DNA of 64,000 nt from Bispira polyomma. Taxonomy: Eukaryota. The position numbers and the translations under genes are program-made. Every line of letters begins with the position of its first letter. Within the stretch, counting starts at the first letter, position 1. This document shows positions 1 to 10,836 of the stretch, one piece after another. The notes beneath the pieces were generated by a model, which searched no databases, was not told the origin of the DNA, and saw only the letters and a list, made by a program, of their open reading frames with translations. The stretch covers positions 38,440,001 through 38,504,000 of the forward strand of contig OZ287756.1 of NCBI GenBank assembly GCA_965649765.1, given 5' to 3'.

Positions 1-7
1 TAAGGAA

Positions 8-688
8 ATGTGTAGGTTACTTGACATAGAAAAGACTAGAACATCATGTTATAGACCACAATCAGACGGACTGGTTGAGAGAATGAATAGGACAATTAGA
101 CAGTTACTAAGGGCTGTAGTGAGTGATTTCGGGAGTGACTGGGATGATCACTTGCCGTACATACTCTTAGCCTACAGATCGACTATACAAGAAAGTATAA
201 ACTTTACTCCAAACTTTCTTATGTTTGGAAGGGAGGTAAGGTTACCTGTAGATATCCTGTACGGGGACAGACAAATGGGTTCTGAGGTTTCCACATGTCC
301 TGTTGAGTATGTAGAATGGATCAGGAACTCCATGCAAACTGCCTATAGGATAGCTAGAGACAATTTACACAAAAGTGCTGTCAGACAAAAACGGACATAT
401 GACATGAACACTCAGACACGAAGCTTCAGGCGAGGTGATTGGGTGTGGGTCTTTTATCCACCTGACAATAGGGACAAATTTGGTCGGGGTTGGAAAAGTC
501 CGTACTTGGTGATTTCTAAACTAGGAGAACTCAATTATCAAATACAAAAAGAGGAAAATTCTCAGCCTATTACTGTACACATAGACCACATTAAGAACTA
601 TTCTCACAGTGATACTCCGGTTAGCTGGTTATCACAGGGTGACCATAGTGATAAATCAGTTCAAGTCAGTTTAGGGCAGGAATATTAG
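8..688 (+). CDS. Gypsy integrase, C-terminal part (end of rve core plus GPY/F-SH3-like tail)
   Basis: YRPQSDGLVERMNRTI (catalytic E region), WDDHLPYILLAYRST, TPNFLMFGRE, and WKSPY...VHIDHIK. The ORF is open from the window edge. Confidence 0.93.
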   Translation: MCRLLDIEKTRTSCYRPQSDGLVERMNRTIRQLLRAVVSDFGSDWDDHLPYILLAYRSTIQESINFTPNFLMFGREVRLPVDILYGDRQMGSEVSTCPVEYVEWIRNSMQTAYRIARDNLHKSAVRQKRTYDMNTQTRSFRRGDWVWVFYPPDNRDKFGRGWKSPYLVISKLGELNYQIQKEENSQPITVHIDHIKNYSHSDTPVSWLSQGDHSDKSVQVSLGQEY

Positions 689-749
689 GGCGCAGGTGTA
701 GTACCCAGCCTAATATTCTTTTCTGTATTATGTTTTTCAGTAAAACAAA

Positions 750-1644
750 ATGTCTGTCAACGAGTTCGTATTCGATTTGGGAGCCTTTGAGGATGAGATG
801 GATGAGGAAGGTGGAGGGGCCGAGGTCATCGCCAAACGAGGCTGGAACAAGAGTGGAGGAAGGTACAGCTGTTTGGTACCGGACTGCCTACGCTGTAATA
901 CGTCCTTTGGACAGAAGTTCGCCTTAAGCAGGCACTGGGCTGATATCCACTCGCCCTTCATTACCCTGTACAAGTACATCACAGGCACTTCTTGTAGGAC
1001 ATTCAAAAGGCCATATGACCTGGAAAGACATCTGGTCAAAATACATCATTTAAATGTTACTGAGGCCAAAGTTTCGAGCTCAGGGGAGAACCTTAGAACG
1101 AAAATTGTAGCAAATAAAACATATCTTAACCCAGGAGAATTTGTGGGTCCGACGCCAAAGTCGGTGGCTGGCACTGACAAGCCGATCATTTCGGAGACAG
1201 TGCCATGCCAATCCGTTATGGATATCGACCCCCAATTTGTAAAAGTCGAAATTACAAAAGAAGATGTATTAGAAACAGATGTGGAAGTCCACCTTGAAGA
1301 ACAAGACCACCCAATGTTGCCAGATGTCCCAGAGCCACGTGCCGGGAGAGTAGAAGGTGCATGTCTGAGCACAGCAGAAACAGAAGAAAAAAAAAAGCTG
1401 ATCAGAGACATTTTGTTGGCCAAGGAAAAAATCAAAGAAGCTGGAGGTAAAAGAACAAAGACTAAGGGAGAAAGGATTGACAGAGCAACTTAAGGGAGAA
1501 CGTTCTGAAAGACGGAGGATGGAGGAGGAGATCAGGAAGTTGAAAGGACAAATGGTAAAGGGCAAGAGTGTTTTGGACGATGTCGATATTTTTAGTTATC
1601 AGGAAATGGTTTTGGGAGACTGTCTTAATTTGGGGGAAGAATAA
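750..1644 (+). CDS. Gypsy accessory ORF3: C2H2 zinc-finger plus coiled-coil protein, one frameshift near 1435
   Basis: CLVPDC...FGQKFALSRHWADIH and CRTFKRPYDLERHLVKIH. A 1-nt shift continues KKLEVKEQRLREKGLTEQLKGERSERRRMEEEIRKLKG...GEE* (TAA 1642-1644). A pyrimidine tract and CAG acceptor at 716-740 precede the ATG. Confidence 0.7.
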
Positions 1645-2198
1645 ATTTTGTTAAATTTTGGGGGCGATTTATATTATTTTCTTTCACTTCTAAATTGGCG
1701 TATTTACCAAAATTTCAAAATTCATGTCAAGTATTAATGTTTTAAATGTCAAGTTACACTTTTGACAGATGTCAAAAGTTTAACCTTTTACAGTGTCACA
1801 CGAGGACACTTATTTATCACTTATTTTATTCCAAATTTTGCATTTTAACAGTATTACTATGTTGTCAGTATCTGTATTTCAAGAGAACAGATAGTGATGT
1901 ATTCCAAGTCATTAAATGCCTTATAGTGCAGTTGTATAAAGGGTACTTTACATATTTTAATGATTTATTGACGTGGATTAAGTCACGTTTTTCTTTTTCA
2001 AATTTAATGGACATTTTACAATTTTTAATTGTGATTTATGAACTTTTATAAACAACTAAATATCAGTATTGATTATGTTTTAATGATATATATATATATA
2101 TGTAGTACATAATGTTTTTATGTAATTATAGAGGTGCCACTTTGGGCATGTAGTCAGCTGTTTTAGTGAGTTATTGTTATGAGGGCATAACAGAGTGT

Positions 2199-2211
2199 AA
2201 GCAGGGGGGAG
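2199..2211 (+). other. Polypurine tract (PPT)
   Basis: AAGCAGGGGGGAG lies immediately before the TG start of the LTR. Confidence 0.85.
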
Positions 2212-4297
2212 TGTGATGACCCAGTCATTGCGAGTACTAATTGGGGACTCGTGCTTACGATATATCTCTTATTAATGGAAGTTATGAAGCGAGAATTGGT
2301 CAATTGCTAGTATGTTAGGTATATACTAGTATTTTACTTCAAAATAAGGCTGTCATTCACTAAATTCGTAGCATTTTCATCTGTTTTACAATATTTTCTC
2401 AGAAGCGAGATCCGCCATCTTGTGATGACGTCATCACCTTATATATACACTGGTCGGTGTTGTTTACTATTAGGGCGGTGTGTTCCGAGCGGTGTTCGGG
2501 CCATTTCGGGAGCTGAGTGATGCATTGTGGGGACTTTTTCTTCTGGAAACAGCCGATTCACATCCCGAAGCTCGTCGTTTGGTCTCTATATAAGACTCGG
2601 TGTAGTTATTATTCAGCGGTGTTCTAGCCGGGGCCAACGGAAGGTACATCCATTTCTCGGATTTATTCTTATAATATTCTAATTTATTCCGGTTCGGTTC
2701 ATTCTTTTCGGATCCAAATCTCTTAATTTATATCATTAATGTATTCAAATATAGTGTGTAACTTTTATCCAATTTAATTGAGGTTTTGCTATTTATCTGC
2801 TAATTATTGTCAGATTGGGGGTTTTCCCTCCCTTTTTGTTGATCAACAAAATCTCATGTTTTTGACAGTTCTTACAACTTGTGGTATATTTTAGTTGTGA
2901 GATATAGTAATTGATAATTACTCATATAGACACATGTAATTTGCTGCTTTGCATCGCCGGTCTAGGTGTTTATTATAATGTAACTTGAATATTTGTCAGG
3001 CGGTATGTTTTTGTCAGGCCTAGCTTGTTGAACTATATAGACTGTAATTAAATAGGTTGACATTAATTGTAGAATATATAGTGTTGTTCTTGGTATTTTT
3101 CCACTGCCACCTAGCTGTCTTAAATTTTATATAGACTGGTGCATTTATATTGTTGTTTTTCCGGGTTATTGTACCGTATAATTATATGTACACTTTTTGA
3201 TTTATAATATACATATTGAAGTTAATTTTGTTGTTCTTAATTTGTAATTAAAAGTCATCTTGTGAGTTTATTGATCCAGGCTTCAATAACCCCCAGCTTA
3301 TTCGGTGACCTTGCCTATACGAATCTGTTATCTGGCGACCTGCCTACTTGAACACAACACGAACTGATACTTTATTGAGACTTATATCTTAATTTGGTCA
3401 GCTGGGCTAAACAGAATTTTGGTGCCGTGACCAGGATAGGCAAACTTAAATACAAATAAATATATTTTAATTTTTTTTTTTTTTTTTGGTATAATTGTAA
3501 ATTGCTGTTGACATTTGGCGATGACACATGGGTGTACCGCCTGGTGATGTATTAGTAATTGTACAATAACACAGAGGTGTACATGGTGAATGTACAGTAA
3601 ATATAGTGTGCATGTATATGTGTATGTGTCACTGTTAACACTAGTATTAACACATTGGTGTATTATAATTGGTGATATAAAACAGTGATTGTTTAAATGT
3701 GTCTGACTGGTCCCTCAATACACACATAACAAATTACCCAGGGGTGTTTGTGGTTGAATGTTATTACCGTTAACACATAGTATTCATAAACCAAAAATGG
3801 TATTTACATGAGGTGAATATTATGGTGGTATAAAACAGTAATAAACTGTGTCTGTGAATTGCTGCTGTTAACAGGAGTATTTAGTCAACCAAAAATGGTA
3901 CTTACCTGAGGTGAATACTTGGTGGAATAAAACAGTGGTTGATTGTGAACATTCCCTACAAATAACTTACATGTGGAATACACACTAAGGTGACATCACA
4001 AAGGTTATTAACCAAGGTGAACACTGGTGTGAACAATTTCTGTCCTGGTCATATCTAAATTTTTACGCTTTTACGCATATAGCATTGACCGGAATCATAC
4101 GGAGATAACAAGGCAACATTTGAGCTACATTGGTGTTGCAAGCTAGTATTAACAGTAGGAAATCTAAAAGCTGGATCCAGGTTATGTCGGACTGGATTCC
4201 TAAATGGCCAAAAAGACAGTCAGGCGACCGATTAATTACATCCGGTCTTGAGACTTATATCTTAATTTGGTCAGCTGGGCTAAACAGGGTCGTTACA
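2212..4297 (+). repeat. Long terminal repeat with unusual internal structure
   Basis: Imperfect terminal inverted repeats TGTGATGACCC / GGGTCGTTACA. Also a 16-bp palindrome with a CRE core (GTGATGACGTCATCAC, 2422-2437), TATA-like motifs near 2439 and 2587, and a 40-bp direct repeat at 3375-3414 and 4248-4287. Confidence 0.75.
3420..3437 (+). promoter_or_regulatory. Primer-binding site complementary to the tRNA-His 3' end
   Basis: TGGTGCCGTGACCAGGAT is the reverse complement of the invertebrate tRNA-His 3' end (ATCCTGGTCACGGCA-CCA), recalled from known tRNA sequences. Confidence 0.85.
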
Positions 4298-7230
4298 CTT
4301 ACAATGGAATAGAATTAGGTGAAATCACATATTTCGAAAATTGTTTTGAGGTAAACGTTAACATCTTTGATAAAAAAATTCATAGTATTGTGCAAATAAT
4401 ATATTGTTCAATGGAAAAATATAACGATACAATGAACTTAAATTTGCATGAAAAGCATCTAAGTTACATTGATAATATGTCTTTAATTGCTAATAAGTAT
4501 CAATGCCTACAATGCGAAAAAAATTTCAAATCCAATTATCAACTGAAAAGACATGTGGCTGTATGTTACAACAGAACGAAGTATGATTTATCCGGAGGCT
4601 TTTACCATATCCTTAAAAATATCTTTTAGAAACTAGAAGATTACGGTATTAAGAGCAAATTACAAAACTACCCATACTTTGCAGTTTTCCATTTTGAAGC
4701 TATGTTACTTACTTATGATAATCCTCGGCCAAATGCTAAATTAAAGTATACTAAGATTCATTAGCTAATTAGCGTCTCAATTTGTTCTAATGTAAGGGGA
4801 TTTACAGAACCTAAATGTATTATAGATGAAGACATTAATGCTATGGTAAGTGAAATGGTTGATTATTTAATAGATATGGCCAATGAAGCCTTTATACAGG
4901 CTCAGGACAGATGGAGGGATACTATAGAGCAGATTAATACTGTTAAATATAGTTTTCAACTAGTAAATGAAGAACCTCTTCATTAATTTGAAACATAGGT
5001 TTCTGATTATATGAATCAATTACCTGTTCTAGGTTTCAACAGTGGTAAATATGATATAAAGTTGATTAAGACTCACCTTGCTAAACATCTGGTCAAAAAT
5101 AGCGAAAAAGATCAATACACTATTAAAAGGAATAACAACTAGTTATGTATTAGTACTAAGCACCTACATTTTTTGGATAAAACGAATTATATAGGACCAG
5201 GTTTTAATTATTCTAAATTTTTAAAATGTTATGAGGCTGGCAAGTAAAAAGGAGTTTTCCCTTATGATGGTTGGATAGTATTGAAAAATTGAATCATCCA
5301 AAAATACCACCACATGAAAGCTTTTATTCAACTCTTAAAGGACATAATGTATTAGAAAATGAAAAGAACTACGAATACATTTTAAAAGTATGGAAAGATA
5401 ATAACATGAAATCATTTAGGGATTATCTGATTTGGTTTAATAATCTTGATGTAAAACCTTTACTACAGCAGTATCTAAGATACAAAAGCATTATTTTCTA
5501 AAAAATATTGACATGTTTAAAAATTACATATCTGTCCCTGGAATAGCGCGTAACTTGTTATTTAAATCTACCAATAAACAATTTAGCCTATTAACAAAGC
5601 TAATATTGATCTATATTATACTTATAAGAATGGGATTGTTGGGGGCCCATCCATAAATTTCCGGAGATATCATGAAGTTAACAAAACTTATATACATGAT
5701 AATAAACTTAAAATTGTAAAAAATATAGAAGGACGGGACACAAATGCTTTATATGTTTGGGCAATATCTCAGAAAATCCCAACAGGTTTATTTGTTAGAC
5801 ATAGATTAGAAAGGAATTTTGCACCTGAAGTACTAATTACGTATCTAAAACAATACATATGGCTTGACTATCTGGCAGAACTAAAAGGTATTAAAATTCA
5901 ACATAAACTAAATTGTGGACAAGAATTTAAAATTGGACCTTATTATGTCCATGGATATGATGCAGAAAACATGAAAGTTATGGAATATTTAGGCTGTTAT
6001 TTTCACTATCATGATATTTGTCCTCTTATTAGGAACATAAAAAATCCAAAATGGCATGCACGTAAGAATAATGAACCAAAGATAGAACTTAAAAGGAAAA
6101 ATTTTGTCAAGTCGCTTGGGTATAATGTTATTAAAATGCATGAGTGTCTGTATCTTAAAGAAATTAAACCACATGTTAGCCATGTAAATGATCATTATTT
6201 GCCACCATTTTATAGAAAACATAAAGGAGAAGTTTCATTCAAGACGTTGATAAAAGCTATAATAAATGAAGATATTTTTGCTGTTTTTGAAATTGATGTA
6301 GAAATACCAATTACTGATGTAACTTATGATGCTATTGGACAACATATGCAGAAATATGTTATTAGATTTAATGTAAAGCAGAAACAGCGATATTTACTGA
6401 TTGGTGGAGTAAAAGCCAAACAAATCTTATTGGCTAGTTCCTTGGTAAAATAGTACTTAGAGCACGGATTGACAATACCTCATATTTATCAAATCATAAA
6501 ATATGTGCCTAGCACATGTTTTTATAATTTTACTCAAAAAATATGTAATGAACTTAGGAGCGGTGATGCCCTAGCTGATAAAGCTTTATTGGCTGAGGTT
6601 GCAAAATTAACGGATAATTGTTCATATGGTTGTACAATTATGTCTAAAGAAAAACATCTTAATATTAAGTACATTAAAGGTGAATTAGAGGCAAAAAAAG
6701 TTAACGTACCAACATTTAAAAACCTAACTGAACTTGACGATGAAATGTTTGAAATTGAGAAATATAAGAGTAAAATTAAATTAGATATTCCAATTCAAAT
6801 TGGTTACTTTATTCTGCAATATGCTAAATTGAAATTATTAGTGTTTTATTACGATTGTTTGGATTATTTCATTGATCGTTTAGATTATGATAAAAAGCGA
6901 TACTGACATTGAAAATTATGCTTTAAGTATTGCAGGACAAGTGGACTGTTTAAATTAGAAAAGGAATGTACCAAAATTATTTGTCTGGCTTCTAAGACTT
7001 ATATCATGAGTCAACATGACAATACAAATAAAGTATCTTGTAAAGGAATTAGTAAAAACAATCTATCTAATAGTATGGAGTTATTTAACCAAGTCTTAAA
7101 TGTAGGTTTTCGGTTACATGATACAAATATCTTTACCTATTTACTAGAAAATAATGGTTTTTCGTATTATTATGTTAAAAGGGAAGTTATCGATGACGGC
7201 ATCAGAACAAAACCTTTACAAATAACATTA
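4298..7230 (+). pseudogene. Protein-primed family B DNA polymerase (pPolB), many stops and frameshifts
   Basis: N-terminal C2HC finger (CLQCEKNFKSNYQLKRHVAVC); exonuclease GFNSGKYDIKLIK and GVFPYD/IEKLNHPKIPPHESFYSTLK; IVGGPS; DTNALY; KLTDNCSYG; IGYFILQYAKL; GLFKLE; SCKGIS. The DTDS motif appears deleted near 6890. A VSR-like insert lies at about 5850-6200. Confidence 0.93.
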
Positions 7231-7637
7231 AATCCTTGGAAAGACCTAATTAATGTGGTTGAAAAAGATCACAATCCCTTAGCTAATACATATATTTATC
7301 CACTAAAAATTAATGATATAACTTTTAAAAAATATTCATATTTGTTTTAACTATATAAAAAATAAATACATTAATATAAAAACAATGCAAGAATGGTATG
7401 AAATTAGATATGCAGTAATGTATGAAATGCTATATAAGAAACAAATACAATGTTCCTCTTTTAAGAAACTTTTAAGAGAAAGCCAAAGGGAATTATATAT
7501 CTTACAACATTGATACTGATTTATATTGAAACACTGGCCTGTTTAAAAACATACTGCAAGTACTTGACAAGAGATCTTATGCTGGACAAAATCAAATGGG
7601 AATACTGTTAATGAAATTAAGACAGCATTTCTTCTAA
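7230..7637 (+). pseudogene. NADAR-like domain, starting in frame with the pPolB C-terminus
   Basis: HNPLANTYIYPLKINDITF ... EWYEIRYAVMYEMLYKKQIQCSSFKKLLRES ... DTDLY*NTGL ... YAGQNQMGILLMKLR, read across two frameshifts and two stop codons. Confidence 0.7.
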
Positions 7638-8283
7638 TGATTCATTGAATAATGATTCAATTTGGGATCCTGCAAGCATATTAATATCTGGTTGTAGTAA
7701 TTCAGGTAAAACAAATTTTTTTGTGGAAATTACTTGATTTCAAAAATTACTTATTTGTTAATCAACCCCCCAAAAAATTATATTGCTACCGCATATGGCA
7801 ACTAAAATTTAACGAATTAAAAAAAGATCTAAATATAGTATTTAAACAAGGTCTGCCTGATGAAACTGATGGCCATACATTAAATGATAAAAATCACACT
7901 ATCTGCATTATTGATGATTTGCAAAATGAAGTAGCTAATAGTAAGTTTGTGGAAAAAATATACACTGCATATTGCCATCATTATCATATCTCAATAATCA
8001 CTGTCTTACAAAACCTTTTTATCAGCGGAAATGTCTACGCACTATCAATCTAAATAGCCATTAAGTTATACTATTTAATAACCCTAGAGACATAAACCAA
8101 ATCAGATATTTGAGTCAACAATTAGGAATGTGTGAACTTTTAATGGAGGCATTCAAAAACTCTAATGAACAAAAATATAACTATCTCCTAATAGACTTAT
8201 AACCTCATTTCAATTGGAAGTATAAATTAAGAAGTCACATATTACTGAATGAAGATACTATAGTATGTATATCATCGAAGTAA
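7637..8283 (+). pseudogene. A32/FtsK-like packaging ATPase
   Basis: Walker A ILISGCSNSGKT, Walker B ICIIDDLQ, HHYHISIITVLQNLF and FNNPRDINQI. The start overlaps the upstream stop (TAATG). Confidence 0.9.
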
Positions 8284-8590
8284 ACTGTCGAGGAACCTAA
8301 TTTAAAACGCAAAATATATAAAACAGCTGATACAAAGGGATAAAAAAGTAGCCTATACTAAACTAAATAATGCAACCATTAAACAAAGTAAAGCCATTAT
8401 AGAGGTGCTATACACTATACTTGAGTTAGGTCATTTAATGAAATATAAAAGTAGAATAAATAATAACAGATTTTTATCTAAAATTGTTACACAAGTATCC
8501 TTACAGAAAAGTAAGAAGTTTATAAAGAAATATATAATGCAAATAATAAGACTATTAAAATTATTGGTGATGATCTATTACAGTTTCAAA

Positions 8591-9030
8591 ATGAATAAAT
8601 TTGTTCTTGTATCATATGACAGATATTTAGAATTAAATAATAATTCTAAAGCAAAGATTTGAATATTCAGTTGATGAAACAAACTGAACCTAAAAATAAA
8701 TTATTAAATTCGAAAAGTGCAGAAATTGAACCCGACACTGAATTAGATATTCAGTTAATGAAACAGACTGAACCTAAAAATGACTTATTAAATTTAAAAA
8801 GTGCTGAAATAAAATCTAACACTGAAATTTATGAACTCCCAAAAAATTTATCAATACAAACCAGTCAAAGAAACAATCAAGCAAGGATCAAAATGACATC
8901 AAGCTTTATAAGAACAATTTATTAAATCAAATAAGTGATAATCAAATACCTCCCCCAGGGTTACCAAATATTATAATAAAAGACTTTCTGCATTAGAATA
9001 TTGGACTCATAATTGGATTATACAAATTAA
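8591..9030 (+). pseudogene. Polinton hypothetical protein (MNKFVLV...PPPGLP...W) with an internal 84-bp duplication
   Basis: Frameshifted ORF between the ATPase and the integrase; IQLMKQTEPKNxLLNxKSAEI occurs twice. Confidence 0.5.
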
Positions 9031-9041
9031 CTGAAAAAAAC

Positions 9042-10058
9042 ATGGTAGACAAAAAAAGGAATTAGGTAAAATTAAAGAAGATTATTTACAAGAACTATAC
9101 TTTAACCCTGATCACCCAGCATTGTACAGTGGTTTTAACAAGTTTTAATTTACAAAAAAATATAATAAACATAAGTTCACAATTAGGAAGATAAAAGAAT
9201 GGCTAGGACAGCAAGATACTTATACTTTATATAGAGCAATTAAAAGAAAATTTAAAAGGCCAATCACCATAGCTGTAAAAAAGATCAACAATGGATTTCA
9301 GATACAGCCAACATGATCTAATAAGAGAAACACAATAAAGGATTCAAACATTTTTGTGTTGTCATCAATACATTGACTAGATATTTATGGACATTTTTAA
9401 TGAAGACAGTAACAGGATTAGAAATGAAAAAGGGATACAACAAATCTTAAATGAAACAAACCCAAATTTTTATTCACTGACCGTGGGTCTGAGTATAATG
9501 GTAAAATCTTTAAAAAGTATCTGAAAGAAAACATAATCATAATTTTATGACTAACAATGAAACGAAAGTATCAATGGCCGAAAGGGTAATTAAAACCATT
9601 AAATTAAAACTAATTAAAAGAATGTCTTATAATAATAACCTTATATGGTATGATGGTTTAAAGGATTAAAAAGTTCACCACTGCATATAATAGTTCTAAT
9701 CATAGAATACTAAAACAATCTCTTAAAGAAGCAAGGAAAGAAGATGACTATGACCTCTGAGAAAAACTATGTATAAAAGAAAAAAATAGTTTCAAAGAGA
9801 ATATGACGAACGATTTTCAGGTGAAAATTTTTATGGTTGCTGACAGACAGATTAATCAAGGCAAAGCCAAGTATAAACTAAAAGATCTCAATAACGAATT
9901 GATAGGTGGTTATTTTTAAAATCCAGAATTACAAAGGGTATATCGGAAATACCACATATTGTATAGAAAAAATTATAAAGAAAAGAAAAAGAGCAGGAAA
10001 TACAGAATACTTAGTTAGATGGGAAAACTGTTCTTCTAAATTTGATAGCTGGACTAGA
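9042..10058 (+). pseudogene. Polinton retroviral-like integrase with C-terminal chromodomain
   Basis: LQELYFNPDHPA, WLGQQDTYTLYR, TDRGSEY, MAERVIKTIK; chromodomain IEKIIKKRKRAGNTEYLVRWENCSSKFDSW. Confidence 0.92.
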
Positions 10059-10074
10059 ACAAAATGTAACAGAC

Positions 10075-10480
10075 ATAAATTTCAAAGACATATTGTTTTA
10101 TATATATTTACAATCCACAAATTCTAAAGATTTACATCCACAAAATCACGCATGGGACTTCACAATTGATTCACTTATTTTAGACGACACATGGTACACG
10201 TGGTACACATGGTGGGCTAGCAGAAAATATTCTATGATAATAGTATTGATAGTGAGGATGTATATGTATATGCTGATCTCATACAAGAAAGTTTAGTTGA
10301 AGATTGTTATAGACCAATACTACGGATAGTTAGACAGAATATATCATTTATTATAGTGTACTTAAAACCAATAGGAAGAGAATCAATTAACAGAATCAGA
10401 ATATATATAAATAGGAAGAATTAAACTGATCCAGCTAGTAGTAATAAGACTACAGTATGTGTACTATATTTTACTAAGAT
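10075..10480 (+). pseudogene. Minor capsid (penton) protein
   Basis: FYIYLQSTNSKDLHPQNHAWDFT matches the Polinton penton N-terminal pattern (FY..L.S..S...P.N....F). It lies between the integrase and the major capsid gene. Confidence 0.7.
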
Positions 10481-10488
10481 AAATAAAA

Positions 10489-10716
10489 ATGGTTAATTGG
10501 GAAGACATATGTAACAGCATTAGGGGGGGAACTGAGCCATTTAAAAACACTATATATAGTATGGAATCAGACGAGGGAGGGACAAGTAATTTTGAGAAGA
10601 AGGTTACTATAGTATCACCTAGTGAACAACAGGTAGATATGGCTAAATCACAAATAAAGAAAAAAAAGAAACGATCACGTCATATCATTAAGAAAAAACA
10701 AATTGGAAAAAGATAA
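10489..10716 (+). CDS. Small basic, putative core/DNA-binding protein
   Basis: IVSPSEQQVDMAKSQI followed by a K/R-rich tail, directly upstream of the major capsid gene. Confidence 0.55.
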   Translation: MVNWEDICNSIRGGTEPFKNTIYSMESDEGGTSNFEKKVTIVSPSEQQVDMAKSQIKKKKKRSRHIIKKKQIGKR

Positions 10717-10836
10717 AAAAAAACACCCAAAAAACAAATTTGAAAAAGATCCAGTAAAAAAACAAAATCCAAAAAAATCAAAGGAAAAATAAAGAAAAAA
10801 GCAAGTTGAAAAAATAGGTATATATATATATAAGAA

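Larger units (their letters stand above)
1..4297 (+). mobile_element. Gypsy/Ty3 LTR retrotransposon, 3' part, inserted into the Polinton pPolB gene
   Basis: Integrase C-terminus, then an extra ORF, a polypurine tract, and an LTR bounded by TGTGATGACCC (2212) and GGGTCGTTACA (4297). Polinton PolB coding sequence resumes at 4298. Confidence 0.9.

Noticed and set aside
1046-1565. Minus-strand ORFs opposite Gypsy ORF3
   Set aside because: Shadow ORFs of a purine-rich coding strand with no recognisable motifs.
750-1644. Retroviral env gene
   Set aside because: No signal peptide, furin site or transmembrane helix; it has zinc-finger motifs instead.
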